This document shows positions 14,491 to 28,744 of a DNA stretch of 64,000 nt, one piece after another. The translations under genes and the position numbers were made by a program. Source of the DNA: Chrysomallon squamiferum (taxonomy: Eukaryota > Animalia > Mollusca); the NCBI GenBank assembly GCA_012295275.1, contig CM022671.1, forward strand, positions 36,332,001-36,396,000. Direction: 5' to 3'. How positions within the stretch are numbered: the stretch's first letter is position 1; every line of letters starts with the position of its first letter. The notes beneath the pieces were generated by a model. It was not told where the DNA came from. It saw only the letters and a list, made by a program, of their open reading frames with translations, and searched no databases.

Positions 14491-14770
14491 GTCGAAAACA
14501 GATTTCTTAGAAATAGGACAATATAATGTAGTATAGATACCTAATATTAATACCTCTTTAGATCAAAAAGAAATGTCCTGACATTGTAAAATTACAAAAA
14601 CTGTAAACAAATTCTTTAAATTAACTCGATAGTTTGTTTATGTCGTCATCACTGCCGTATGCTCGTTCTAGAATTCAAAATATAAATTGTTCCCGCCTTA
14701 TGACATCACTTACAGATGTGCCTATCAACAGGTGCTGTCCAGAGGGAAACCCGAGGTGCACGTGTATAAA
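14491..14770 (-). promoter_or_regulatory. Putative STN1 promoter and 5'-UTR exon
   Basis: Minus-strand donor GTAAGT at 14490-14485 could join the acceptor just upstream of the ATG. Nearby are an E2F-like TTCCCGCC (14690-14697), CRE-like TGACATCA (14701-14708) and E-box CACGTG (14759-14764) in a locally CpG-richer patch. Confidence 0.5.
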
Positions 14771-14978
14771 ATCTGAGGCTACCTAGAGGTATATTCTACA
14801 ACTCTCAATACGTTAAAAAGAAAAGGAAAGAAAAAGTGTATACAAGATGTTGCTATTACACATTTTCCATTTATTTTTAATTTTCAAAATAATTATTTAT
14901 TTCTACTACTTTTGTTATGTACGAAATTATATTAACATCTGCGAGTTGTTTTATTATTGCGATTATTATTAAAAATAA

Positions 14979-14979
<1 letters not shown>

Positions 14980-15045
<66 letters not shown>
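14980..15045. repeat. (TA)n microsatellite between the divergent promoters
   Basis: Direct reading. Confidence 0.95.
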
Positions 15046-15359
15046 AGAAATATACAATTTCATTTAAAGGTAGAATAATTTATACTCGATCAATCAGAAG
15101 GTTAATTATTTTGTTTATATTTAAACTATATCATGTATATGCAGTAACTTCAAGAGAAGAATTCTGAAGAATTATGCACTAACATTTCTGTTTGGTAATG
15201 CGGCAAATTCAAAATGCCACGATGTGTTTCTGAGGTAAAATATTGGTTTGGTAACGCCCACTTACCCATCATTCTCGATCTATTAGGTAACAAAATATGA
15301 CAAGTAATATGAAACATTTCCGTGAAATGACGAACGAGTTCGGACGTTTACGCGACCTT

Positions 15360-15497
15360 CCAAATATGGTTATCCTAGGAAAAAAGTTGGGGAATCCGGA
15401 AGCTATTTAACACTACTAATCGTCGCTGTATTTTGTTATCAGTCTTTCTTTCCTTGTTTCCCAAGTTGCTGCTTTTTAGCTGCTAGTTGAACCGTGT
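15360..15497 (+). promoter_or_regulatory. Gelsolin-B core promoter and non-coding exon 1, with CArG box
   Basis: CCAAATATGG (15360-15369) fits CC(A/T)6GG. Also TATTTAA (15404-15410), Inr-like TCAGT (15439-15443) and donor GTAAGT at 15498. Confidence 0.65.
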
Positions 15498-16679
15498 GTA
15501 AGTATTAATTAATTACTTTAATTTTCTTCTTGTACTTTATAAACAGAAACATTACTTATTTTAGTTTATTACAAAAAACATAAAATGTGTCTTGTAAAAT
15601 TAAAATGCCACACCTTTTTTTCTTAGTTTTTGAAGTTTTTCATCATTTAAAATGGTAAATTATTTAAATATTTATTTATTTATTTAAATTTTTATTTACA
15701 AACTTTATGTTTTATTTATATTAATTTAATTTTGGTTGGTTATGAACATATGTAAAATGATTGTAATTTATTTATTTTATTTTTTAATTCATATTTACAT
15801 TTCACTTCAGACAACATTTATTTTTATTATTTAAGTAGATGTTATTTTGAATATTTTGTAATTTTTCATTTAAATTTTGAAAGTCTTAATTTATCCAAAT
15901 GTATGCATTTAAAATCACACTAAAAACTGAATTGTTTTTATCTTGTTTTCATGGGGTTTTTTAAGTTACATTAATCCAAATTATCTTTGTATCATTTTAA
16001 ATACTACAGTTGTGTTCAGCAATATGATTGACTTGTAGCTTGATTTTTCTTCATTTTTTATTTCAATAATTTATGATATAAATAGAAATAATATTAAACT
16101 ACATAAAATGCATTAATCCCCTAAAAAAAGGTACCAGGATAACATAACAAAAAAACAACAACAAAAAACACTATTATTATTATTATTATTATTGTTATTG
16201 TTATTGTTATTGTTATTGTTATTGATGGTTATTGCATTTTACTAAAAATTATATTTAATTTTAATAAAGCCTTCTGGTATCACTATTAATAAATGCTATA
16301 TTTTCAATAAGGAAAATGTTTAAAGTGTACTCAGAATTATTTGTAGGCTGTTTGAATTTGAAAGTTTTTACAAATGTCTGATCTTTTTTTATAGTTATGT
16401 AATGAGGAAGTGTGCCAGTATTAACAGGTGTATTTAGTAGTAGTTGAAGTTGTCATTATTAACCATAAAAGTAGATTTAATTTAATTTCAAAACTTTTGT
16501 TCTCTTTGTCAGTAAATTGATCTAGTTAATGAATTTGATAAAGGTTCCAAAATTAAGTTGATAAACACTGATTAGATAGATGTCTCAAATATATATGTTG
16601 TTGATATGATGTAACTATAAATGGCATGTGTAAACATATCTGTGTTTATTTTTACCAGGTTGTACTGCTAACAGTCATC

Positions 16680-17420
16680 ATGCCACGTGGTAAGTGCTGT
16701 CTTGAAGTATTCATTATTTACATGACCAGACACAACTACAATATTAAAAATATATTTAATACTGGTAAACATGCAGAACTGTTGAGGTGTCTTCTGTATG
16801 AATCAGTAGTGAAAACAGATTTTCTTTATTTACATAACTTGAATGAATTTAATATTGACAGAACTGTTGTATTGTTTTGAGTATTTCAGTAACTTGGTGA
16901 GGACTCAATACTGAAAATATAGATAGTTTATTAATGTATTTTATATAAGATGAAAACAAAATAAATTGTTGCATTTCAAGAAGTTTGTAGAGCACAAATT
17001 GTGACCACTTTTGTTAAATATTTGTTATAAAAAATTGTTACTGCTTGTCTATAGAAAATTTAACTGAAATTATTTGAAAAAAAGAATCCATGTGAATTTA
17101 ATCAATTATTTATTTATTTCTCAGGTCTTGTGAAAGCTAAGAAGTATGACTGGAGGGATTCTAATCTGGCATTGTTTGGTTCAGACACTGAGAAAGAAGT
17201 AAAAAGTAGGTCTTTGTTTTTTAACATTTCAGTATTTTCTATATATTTATTTCAATCTTCAGTGAATTTAAAAAAGTAAAAATAAAAAAAAATGTATAAA
17301 AAAAAGTCACAAACTTTTGTTTAACAGTGTGAAGCACAACACATTTTGAGATCATTTAACAAAATATATTTATTATTATTAATTGGTAGGAAAATATACT
17401 GAATAAACAGCACATGTTTC

Positions 17421-17459
<39 letters not shown>

Positions 17460-20400
17460 CTTCTTTGCAAAAAGTAATTTGGTTGAATTTTTTTATATTA
17501 GTTTAATGTTTTTATTTTAGTTTAATGAACTATTATATTATTAGTATTAGTTTAGTGTTTTTAATATAAACTGAATGTTTTACTTGTAGAGGAATCGGCT
17601 GAGTCTGAACCTGCCTGGCAAGGCGTTGGTCAGGAACCTGGCATCAAGATCTGGAGAATTGTTGTATGTACTCTTCATTTCTTACCTCCCTTCTTCTTAA
17701 CCTTTTATTTACATAGTTGGTTTAATAATAATTTTTAAATTTTTTATTTACTTATTTTTATTTATTTTTTTAAAACAAAACAAAAAATTAATAATAAATT
17801 TTGTTTTATTTGCTGAGCTTTTATCATTCAAATGCTGTTTAAAATACCTCTTTTAAAAATGTTTATTTTATTATTAAAGTCATTTAATTTAGGGGTATTA
17901 TTAAAAGTAATTCATTTATTTGAGTTGAGGTAATATGTTTTGTTGTATTTTATTTTTTGTTTAATTACAGAATTTTGAAGTTGTTGATTGGCCTGAAGAG
18001 GAATATGGAGAGTTTTATAATGGAGATTCATACATTGTGTTAAAGGTTTGTTCTTTTATTTTTATTTTTATTCAAACTTGTCCAAAGCTAAATAATGAAA
18101 AAAAACTGAAACTGCCAGCCTTTTTGTGTGTGTGTGTGTGTTTCTGTTTCTCTTTGTATATATGTATATATAACACAGGCAGGCACACATATGCATGTAT
18201 GAATGTACATGTACAGTGAACTCTCAAAATCTTGAAGATGTAGGGACTTTGAATCAAATACATTTGAAGTAATTAAATGCACAAAAGGGAAGAATAAAAA
18301 ATAATGATAATTGTCTGTGGCAGTTTTTATTAAGAACTCAGTGTATGCAGTGAAAGTTTGTTATCAGTGTTACTAAGTTCAAATAAACCACATTTCAGAA
18401 ACAACTGCTTCCATCCAGTAAGTTCTATGTTCATAATAAAGTATGACATTTTGGATACTGCCTGGAAATGTTCACAGTTTCTCACATTAGATGACTTGAG
18501 AAACATATTTATAAAACAAAATTCATCATTATTTCACATAAACATGAGAAATAAAGTTGCTTAATTGAAATCATGCCTAATTCAGTTCAGTATAAAGACA
18601 CAATCCCATATTTAATCTTACCAGCTTTCGGAGCTACCACTGTATGTGTTTTTATTTTATTATTATTTAAAGAAAACATGCAGTCAGTTTTTAAAAATGG
18701 TTGAAGAGAAGTGAAGTGTTAGTGATTTGTCAGTGAGAGTTATGTTACATTGTGTTGTGTAGCTGGGGTCTGACTCAGTGTTCACACTGTCTGTGAGAGA
18801 TTGTATTCCTGACTGCAACTGTGGTTTCTTCTGTCATGTTAATTGACATCCAGTAATTGTCACTGACATCTCACTGAGCAAATTCTACTTATATTTTTAT
18901 TTCTTAATCAGTAAAAGATTAAAACAAGCTGATATTGTTCTATATCTGACTAGCTGAGTGTAATATTGTTCTATATCTGACTAGCTGAGTGTAATATTGT
19001 TCTATATCTGACTAGCTGAGTGTAATAATGTTCTATATCTGACTAGCTGAGTGTAATATTGTCTTACATTTGACTAGCTGAGTGTAATATTGTTTTTTCT
19101 CAGACAACAAAGGATGAAGAATCAGATAAACTTCTGTATGATATTCATTTCTGGATTGGGAAAAACAGCACACAGGTATTATTTTGATGTTTTCTTCATC
19201 TTCTTTTTTTTTCTAAATGTTCATATTATACTCCATTTTCACAAACTGTCAAATTTTTTTGTTAATTTTATTTACTGTTTCAAGTGTATGGATGTGTTTT
19301 ACTTGTCAAGTTGTTTAAACAGATTGGCTAGAGTTATACCAACAGAAAATGTGTAAACTGTATTTAGTGAGAAACTCAACATCTTTTCATTGCTTAACTG
19401 TGATTTCTTTACATAAATTCAGTAAATAAAGAAGCTTTTAGAGGTCAGAAGTGCGAATTTGCAAAGGAAACAAATTTATTTTTGAAATATCAGAATATTC
19501 ATTTTGTTGATGTCATTTTCAAATTTCATTCATAATAGTTAACTTTATGAAATTCCTCCCCCTTGCAAGCACCTTCTGTGTCAGTTGAGTTGTTTTTTTA
19601 ATGAGAAATCATTGTTATGTTTCGTTTGCTATACATGTGTACACATTTTATATTTGTGCCTGCAGGATGAATATGGAACAGTGGCCTACAAAACGGTTGA
19701 GCTGGATACGTTTCTGGATGATGCAGGTGTACAGCACAGAGAGGTTCAGGGTCATGAATCTTCACTGTTTAAATCTTACTTCAGTGGAGGAATCACGTCG
19801 GTGTTCTTTAAATATCACACCACACTTACCTTTATACCACTCTTATTTTTATTTTATACCATTTTTAATTCTATAGTACTGTTATTTCACAACATATTTA
19901 TAAATGTAAGGATAAAATCATGTCAGAGTTATTTTAATATCAGATCACTTTTATTTTTATACCATTTTTATTTTGTAACATATAAACAGATAAAACAGGC
20001 TGGTGAAATCACTGTTTGAATATCACACCACACTTATTTTCATATTAGTAGTTATTACTCTTATTTTGTAACATATAAAAGATAACATAGCTCACTATGT
20101 GGTGATAGTGAATTTTTTCTGTTTACAAATTGGTTGTTACCAGGTCTGATAATTAAACACTGTTGTACATATTTTCAGAACTATGCAGGGTGGAGCTGAT
20201 TCTGGGTTCCGTCATGTCACTCCAGAAGAATATGAACCAAGACTTCTCAGATTTAAAGGACAGAAGAAAGACATTGCAGTTAGAGAGGTAACTAGCGTAT
20301 ACAGTGAAAGACATTGCTGTGCTTTTTTCCTCCCTCTTTTCCAAAATAATAATAATAAAAAATGATAATGATGCTTGAAAAAAGATTTAATGAATAAAAA

Positions 20401-23023
20401 TGTTTTCAGATTCCACGAGCAAGAAGTCTGGTGAAATCATGTGATGTGTACATTCTTGACCTGGGAGAAATGATTTACCAGTGGAATGGTTCAGAATGCA
20501 ACAAGGATGAAAAGTTCAAGGTTAGGGTTAAATGTAGATGTCTAATGACAAATGTTTGATTTCATGTAGTAATTCTGGTGTTAATATTAAATTCTTTATC
20601 TTGCCTGTGTCATTTCTCTATATCTGAATGCATATTTATGAATACAGTAGCAAAATACAAATCTTATGATTCTAAATCAGATTTAAAAAATATATTACAA
20701 AGAAGCACAATGTGTAAAGTTTATGTTTAAAACACTGAAATCATGAAATGTCAGATAAAAAGTACTAGTGATATTGAAATTTTTTATGTATTTAAAAAAT
20801 TGACAGGCAATGCAGTTTTTAATGGATTTGAAGGGAAAGAGAGGATCTGCTGATTCAGAAACTCTGGATGAAGACAGCACTCCATCCTCTGTAAGTATGT
20901 TAGGAATATTTAGTTTCAGACATCCTCTGTAAGTATGTTAGTGATATCTATTTTTAGACATCCTCTGTAAGTATGTTAATAATTCTTAGTATTAAGATTC
21001 ATTGGTAATTGTGTTGAAGACTCCTGAGTGACGACTCTGTGATTAGATTATTACTGGAAGGTGCACATAACAGTTCCATATAGACTGTTTTTTACAAAAA
21101 ATGATAAAAGCGTATTTTGAGTGAAATTCACAGAAAATATTTAGGTATTTGCACCATTTTAATCTTTAAACTTTTGTCATCTTTGAGGCAGCTTCATGAT
21201 TGTTGACCTAGCAATTTTCTGGGCGACAGACTTTTGTAACTGTACAGGTTAATGTTGTTAAATTTTTAACTCGGTGATGTTTTAATTAATAAAAATCATT
21301 TGTAATTGTGCAGATTTATAAAGTGTGTTGCTGTAGTCAGTGTTTTTATTTATTTCTGTGTTGACAGCACAAGTTTTATCAAGCTCTGGACGAGGAAGCA
21401 GAAGAAGATGAAAGTGATGATGAGGATGATGGAGACTCGAAGAAACTTCTCAAGTATGTTTCAAGACTTCATAATGATGTCATTGTTGTATACTGGCTTA
21501 ACATCAGTGGTGAAAGTTAATCACAAATAGAGAGTAAAACATTTTATTTAATTTCAAAATGTAAAATACGAGTCATTTGACTCTGAATTACTGACACTGA
21601 GATTTTGTTTGAAAAGGTTACATAAATATCTTTTTTTAATGCTTAAGATGGTTTTGAAAGTTTTCTGAATGCCAGATTGAAGAGGTCAAGTCGATACAGA
21701 TTTTTCCACTGTAACGAATATCTAGACATATCTTTGCAAACACAACATTATGGAGATACATGAATAGGACCAAAATAAAGCTTTAAACATTAGCATAAGA
21801 AAGTAGCCAAAATCATTATTTGATATGTACATAGTATTTACAATTAATTTTTCTGTTTTTAGTATCATTTGTTTACAAGTGATTTAGAACTGTGTAACAA
21901 ATTGATAATGGAAGGGTAACAGATCTGAAAGTGTAAGAAAGATTTTACAATTAATTAACCATATTAACATGCATGCATTGTTCAATGATTAAATTTTAAC
22001 TGTCAGATTATCTAGTGAAAGAAAACCATGAAAATCTTCACACTGATTAAAAAATATTTGCTATTTGATCAATTATTTAAACCTCTGTCTTGCAAATAAA
22101 TTACTGAAAATAATGTTTGTTTTAATTCACAGATACAGTACTGACTCTGACAGTTTTGAGTGTGTCAAGGATTCTGATATCAGCATGGATGACTTTGCAC
22201 CTGATGTAATTTATATTTGTTTTCACCTTGAAACTTTCTTCTCACTCTTGCTAAGGCTGTTATCACTGCTGTAATGATTAGTGTAGTATGTGAATGAGTT
22301 AAAGTGAGACTTGTTGTTTAGATGAAGTAACGTCTCAATTAAGATGCAAGCAGCATTCTCTCTAATTTTTACAAACCACTGCGCAAAGATTCTGACGTGC
22401 ACAGCACCAGTACATTGACTGTTTAGTGAACACTGGATGGAAGCTGTGCGTGCTGCAGCTACACAGTTGTTTAATGCTTTCACAAACAGGAAGAGTGCTG
22501 AGGTGTGACAGGTCACATATGATCAAGCCACAGTTTACACCACATCTAATTTTATTAATCTTCTATTGAATGTCCAAGAGAAAAAAAATCCTTACTATAA
22601 AGTTAAAAATTCTGCCCATTCTTTGTGATCAAAACGATACATGTATCATATGACTGTAGATTAAAAAAATAAATCTAAAGTTTTCTTTCACTTCTGCAGG
22701 ATGTGTTTCTGCTAGACACTGAGTGGGAGGTGTTTGTCTGGGTGGGTAGTGGTGCATCCCCATCAGAAAAGAAGAATGGGATACCAAGAGCCCACGTAAG
22801 TTAAACTTCAAAACAAAATTCAGAAAAATGTATGTATATATAATTATTCTGTGAATAACTGTTAAATGTTTGGAAATGAAAATGTATTGGTATTAAATAT
22901 TTTTAAAAATGCAGTGTTGTGTTACAGAAATACCTGCAGGGTGAGCCCAGGGCGTGGCGACCAATCACAGTGATAAAAGAGGGACAGACTTGTTCATCTT
23001 TCTCTGCTGCAGCCAGTGCCTGA
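16680..23023 (+). CDS. Gelsolin-like (three-domain severin/fragmin-type) protein, paralog B, 365 aa
   Basis: Exons 16680-16689, 17125-17205, 17590-17663, 17971-18045, 19104-19175, 19666-19796, 20179-20287, 20410-20520, 20807-20890, 21368-21453, 22133-22205, 22700-22795, 22928-23023 (1098 nt). N-terminus [31 protein letters not shown], then [59 protein letters not shown]. Confidence 0.96.
18933..19095. repeat. 31-bp tandem repeat, about 5 copies, abutting an acceptor
   Basis: Unit tattgttctatatctgactagctgagtgtaa; the array ends about 10 nt before the AG at 19102-19103. Confidence 0.9.
20883..20980 (+). repeat. Triplicated exon end plus 5' splice site (38-bp unit)
   Basis: 'catcctctgtaagtatgtta' occurs three times, at about 20883, 20921 and 20959. 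Confidence 0.9.
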
Positions 23024-25979
23024 GTGTCCTGTCACGACAATCACACTTAGTGTTTGTTATGTGTGAAAACAAATTCTTGTCACACTTTTTATGTGTAAAC
23101 ACTAAATATCTTTGTACATGCATAACATCCGTTAGCTTATTAATGTTTGTTGTTATAGATTTTTAGTTTTATATTATTGGTTAATGGTGTCTTCCTAATG
23201 TAGCTGAATTAAAAATGGAAATTTTCAAAATCTTCTGAGGATCATAGGTATATTTGGAAGTTATAAGGGCTATTAATAACTGATAACAAGTGAAACATAA
23301 CTACCACACACACAGACATGCAGACATAGAGACATTAGAACAGTTTTTTTATTTTATTTATTTTACTTGGACATGTTATTTTAAATGTGAGTTTTGGCAT
23401 AACAAGATTTTCAGTGCTATGTATGTATACTGTTGATATTTTTGTAGATTCAAAGAAACTTTTGCCAGCTTATCCCCTGATTGGTTTATCAAACAGGCAG
23501 GTTTTTTTCTAGTTTGTGCATTTTTTCTGGTTTTTGTTACTCCATTTTGATAAAGTAATTTTTAAAAATTGTTAATCAGTTTACAGTAATGCAGGGCATT
23601 TTGTATTTATGTTGATGTCAAACTTTAACAAAAAACATTTTTTGTGTAATATATTTTGAATTAATACCTTTTTCGCTTTTTTTAGTCATTGTTATTGGTG
23701 TCAAATTGTGAATTATTTTTGTGCCATTTTTATTTGAAAATGTTTATATTTATGAACATCTAGTTTTGAATTTGTTTATTGTAAGATTTTGTTTTCATTG
23801 CTTTACAAAATTCTTCTCATAATATTTAAAGATGTTAGAATTTTATACACTCACTGCATGCAGTACTTTGATTTTCTCTTTTATAAAATCATTTGAAATG
23901 TCTTCATAGATATTCACAGCTTGCTAAACCACAAAAACTAAATTAATAACTGTTTTTCCTTTAATGTGTGACAGATCACATGATCAGTCCTCTGTTTACA
24001 CCACACCTAGTTTTAGTATATTGAATGGTCCATCAGAAAAAATCCCCTACTGTAAATTTAAAAAGTGTCCTGTCTTTGTGATCAAAGCTATACATGTATC
24101 ATATGATTATAGTAAAAATTAAAATGTTGTTAATACTGGCATTAAACATGCAAAAAAAAAAAAAAATTGAAATTTTCTTTCATTTTCTGTAGGATGCACA
24201 TTTCATAAAATAATAGTTTAAAATTATAATTAAATAAAAGTAAATAAAGAAGTAATAGAGACACCTCAGTAAAAAGAAATTATTTTTGGGATTGTAGAAA
24301 ATTTATAAAAAGGTTCCTTTTGTTTTCTAAATTGTAGAAAAAAGAATTTAATCATTCTTTTTCTTTCTCTTCAGTTTGGTCTGTTTTCCTATAAGATTAC
24401 TATAATTTATTATTATTATTATTATTATTATTGTTATTATTATCATCATCAACATTACCATTAAAGCCATGTCTTAAAAACCATGATAAATTTTTATGCA
24501 ATATATATTTACTACATTCTGAATTTTTTTTACATATATATATATTTATTCAAATAAAGCTAAATAAATTTAAAAGATTTTACATATATTTGAACTACTG
24601 CTTTTCCCATTCAGAACAGTTTCAAGAAATGATGCTGTAATGATTTGTCTGTGAACAGCATTTTGTTTTTCTTGTCAAAGACTTTTACAATTTAAGTGCA
24701 ATATATAAATGTTTTATTTTTTTTGTTACTAAATTTAAAAAAAAAAATAAAAAATTGCTGCATCTTAATAATAAAGTTCCATTTTGTGAAGAAAGTTGAT
24801 TGGGTGACAGCATAATTGTATTTTGTACCCAAAATCGAAAGTGATAAGTAAGATAGTCGAAGGGTTGATGTATTACTGTTGTCTTCTAATCATGTTAGCT
24901 AATAAAATTAAAACATTCACAATCAGAACACAATATAATCAACTGTGATAAATTCACATTACTCTGAAATGTTTTGTTGCTTATTTAGCTTTTTATTTGA
25001 GCTTAGAAACTTGTTTATTGCATGAAAATGTCATTTGTTTTAAAGGAACCAATAAATGTTTACATTCTAATATAGTTGTTTTAATTTTTAAGAAATATTA
25101 GTATCTGTGCGAAGAAATAAAATTGTAAAATTTGTTGAAGTTTCCTCATTAATAAAGCCCTGGCAATACATTCAGTGATCAGATTTCTATGGCTAAATGT
25201 CACACTTTTCTCATGGCCAGCTCTCATTCCTGCAGTAGCAACTGTAATATTTATCTTTTTTCTACTTTTGTTGTTTTCCCTTCTTCATAAGCAAACTTCA
25301 TATGATTAAAAACTTCAAAATGTTCACACGTGTATCACTGTAATTCTTTCATCTTTCCATCTTATCAGTTTCTTTTGTACTGTTGTCATCTCTTCAAAGT
25401 TTAATAGTCCAACTTTATCTTTTATTTTGTTAACAGTTTCACCATCTTTTAGCACTTAGGTTTCTATCACATCAACATGAATATTCAGTATTATAATTAA
25501 GACAAACTTACAGGCTCGTATTTACACCGAAAGAAGAAACGTAGCAAACATTTCCAGGATTTGTGGAATCTACAAACGATAACTCCAGCAAACAGTTCTT
25601 TCAAACAAATAGTTCACAGTTTCAATAACAGTTTAAACTTCTAAGCTATAAAACACTCACTTTTATTGTAAAATAAAGCATATGTGTTTCAGAACTATAG
25701 CAAAAATAAACTTCAGATAAATAATATGATTTATTTAAGAAATATGGTGTTTGTTAAATATTATTCAGCATCGGACTGAGCTGCATTTCAGGGAATATCA
25801 AATTTATAATATCTGTTTATTCTGTTGTGAAATATTATTCAGCATTTCTAAAAAAAAAATTACATCCACAGAATCAGATATTTTTACTTCTTTGAATTTC
25901 AGTTTAAGGGGTGAAGGTGTTACTGTAAGTCGTCATTGGCAACACGGACCTTCCTTTTACAGGCAGTACTAAATGCTGT

Positions 25980-27429
25980 GACATAAATCACTATGCTCTG
26001 ATGATTATAACTAATAATTTCTCATTATGGGGAAAAAGTGAAGTAAGATGTATTGATGCTTTTTCCCACTCACTTGCACATACATAATTACATTAAGTTA
26101 AAAAGCTACTTCAAACTCTTTATTACATTTATAAGTCATATAATTTGAAAGGTAAATGTTTAACACATTTCTGCTGTCAGTTCTTTTAGAATAAATACAA
26201 TTAGACAAATATGTGATTATCTTTGATTCATCTACACTTCATGATAAGTACAGGTTTAAGTTGCTGAATTTTTTTAATTTTTTATTTTTTTTTTTTTAAT
26301 TAACAATTTAATGCTTGTAATGATCATTTATTTAACCACTGTTTTAATTTTTCTGTTATAAAATTTCATACTAACCATTGTTTACAGCAAGCTCAAATAA
26401 CATTCAACATTTTTATCAAATAACAGAACTGAGTCACTAATACCATGGAGTATTGTTAAAGAGCTATTCTGTTTCTAGTAACTTAAAAGAAAATACTTCT
26501 TTTCAGTATAGCATCACATTTTACTAATTCATTCTCAAAATATATATATTTATAAATGTGTGTTTGTGTGTGTGTCTTTCTATTTTTCTATCTCATTTTA
26601 TTCTTTTATCATCCATCCATTTATTCTTATCATCTCATTGTATACATGTTTAGACTGTTTGTGCTATCCATTGTAACATTAGTTTGCACAGAATAGCTTT
26701 GATTGCAGAAATCTACAAATCAACTTCTGTTGTGTTGCAGTGTTAATCATGAAGATGGAGGAAAGAAAAATTCAAATGGAAAAAAGAAAAAGAGGGCGAT
26801 ATGCAAGTTGGACTTCAGAAAAGATAGGGCACCATTTACAGGCACTTTGTGCAGAGAAAATAATCTGCCCTTCACAAAAAAGATGGTCCACTGGGAACAG
26901 CCACAAAGAAATTGAAGATGGCTAAAAATTTGAAGAATAAAAAGAAACTGAATGTAATCTGGATGGAAAATTGGGGTCATGTTTGTGGCATTTGTAGCTG
27001 CCATGAAGAAAGTAGAAATGAAAATATTTTGTTGTAACTACAAAGTAAGATGTACATGCACAATAGAAAATGAAAGAAATAGTAAACCAACTGGTCCCCA
27101 TGTTATAGTTACAGAAAATCTTAGGTGGCAGAATAATAATTAAAAAAAAGAGGAAAATATTACAAGTTTTGTGGTCACAGAATAGAGGAAATGTTAAACA
27201 GTTTGTTTTTAGCAGCATGTTTATAGATACCTGTATGTTTGATGTCCAAATGAAGGACAGAAGCAGTGAAGAACATTGTATCTGCAAAACGCCATGGCAT
27301 GAGGTACAAAGTGCAATGATTCAGTGTGAAAAGTGTTTAGTTTGGTATCACTTCAGTTGTTTGAAAATTCAGTGCTTTGCTAAAGGAATAAGAGATGAGG
27401 AGATCACTTTCTTTTGTGGAAAAAATTAA
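25980..27429 (+). pseudogene. Degenerate PHD-finger coding remnant, possibly with Ulp1-like protease fragments; probably transposon cargo
   Basis: 27270-27429 encodes HCICKTP...MIQCEKCLVWYHFSCL...FFCGKN, a C4HC3-like pattern with the last Cys lost. Upstream frames are broken, with weak protease-like fragments (NHYALMII...RCIDAF; DG..GVMFVAF). Confidence 0.5.
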
Positions 27430-28167
27430 TATGATAAAATGATACACAACATGAAAGGTAAGTCATTTTTGTCTAGTCTGTTTTCTTATTCTAAATAAAT
27501 GTTTGGCAGATAATTTATTCTCAGTTAAGGAAAATAGTGTAAGTAACAAATCAGTCTGAATAGAAAAAGTATATATATATATATATATAAAAATACCATG
27601 TATGTTAACATACCTTAACATATTACTTAATGCTAAATTCATATCAAATTTCATTATTGAATGGATCCATTTTCTTCTCTTCATATGTTTTTATTATTTT
27701 TTTAACATTTTTATTACAGAAATGATATTTATTAACTTTTATTACAAGTTGCTAACTTATTCAACATCATGAGAGACCAAACATTAATTATAGGTTATTA
27801 ATTATCACACTAATCTTTGTAATCTGGACAAACTATTAAGAGGATACTTCCTAAAATCTTACAGATGTTGTGATTAAATATATTATTATATGTACAGAAT
27901 AATACATTTTCTTTTCTTTTATTTATTTTTTTATTTTAATTTTTTTTTCAATAATAATTTTTAAAAGTGAAAAAATTAAGTTAAATCTATGATTTGAGCA
28001 AATGGCTTAAGAGATTCAAGGTACTAAAAAAAGTGATACAAACATTACATAATTTGAAGGAAACATTATAAGACATTCTGAAACAAATGTTTTTCCCTTG
28101 TTCTTGCAGAGGTCAATTAAAAAACCTCAATTAATTACAAGTTATCTTATTTTATTTATTTATTAAC

Positions 28168-28213
<46 letters not shown>

Positions 28214-28462
28214 ACTGTCTGCATCATGACACTGAACACCATTCTGTCCAGTATTCCACTTTCTCTTAAAGTTAAACTACGGTGTTTTTCCTTCGGCATT
28301 CAACTGATGGACAGTTATGTGAATGGAAGTCAAACAAAACTTGTGGTCTTCATAATAAAAAATAATTTCCTTCTCATCGTGGAGGGTGACAGCTGTTTGT
28401 TCCCTTTAATAGGATCCATCGTGCCAAAAGTAAACTAATTATTTCTTTAAATATTAAATCTG

Positions 28463-28503
<41 letters not shown>

Positions 28504-28744
28504 GTAATTTTAAATGATAAGCTTGGAATAATTCAAAAGAAATAAAAATTAATGTAAAGTAAAATAGTTATCTCTTCTATTCTATTCTTGTTTCCTGTTC
28601 GGTGTTCCTGTTCGAACTTCAGGAAATAAGATATAGTTAGTAAGTTACGTTCACTGGGTTCTCTGCGTTTGCCATTCCGAAACGTAGCGAAACGTAAAGA
28701 AAGGGTAGGTCACGGTGTATTTTATTATTTTATAGGCTGCCATT

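Noticed and set aside
19797-19802. Weak donor GTCGGT in gelsolin B as a sign of pseudogenisation
   Set aside because: It is still a GT donor at the same position and phase as in paralog A, and the full CDS is intact.
28210-28460. GC-richer island between (ATT)n and (AAT)n tracts, a possible exon or stem-loop
   Set aside because: No convincing ORF or partner exons. The flanking complementarity is only microsatellite.
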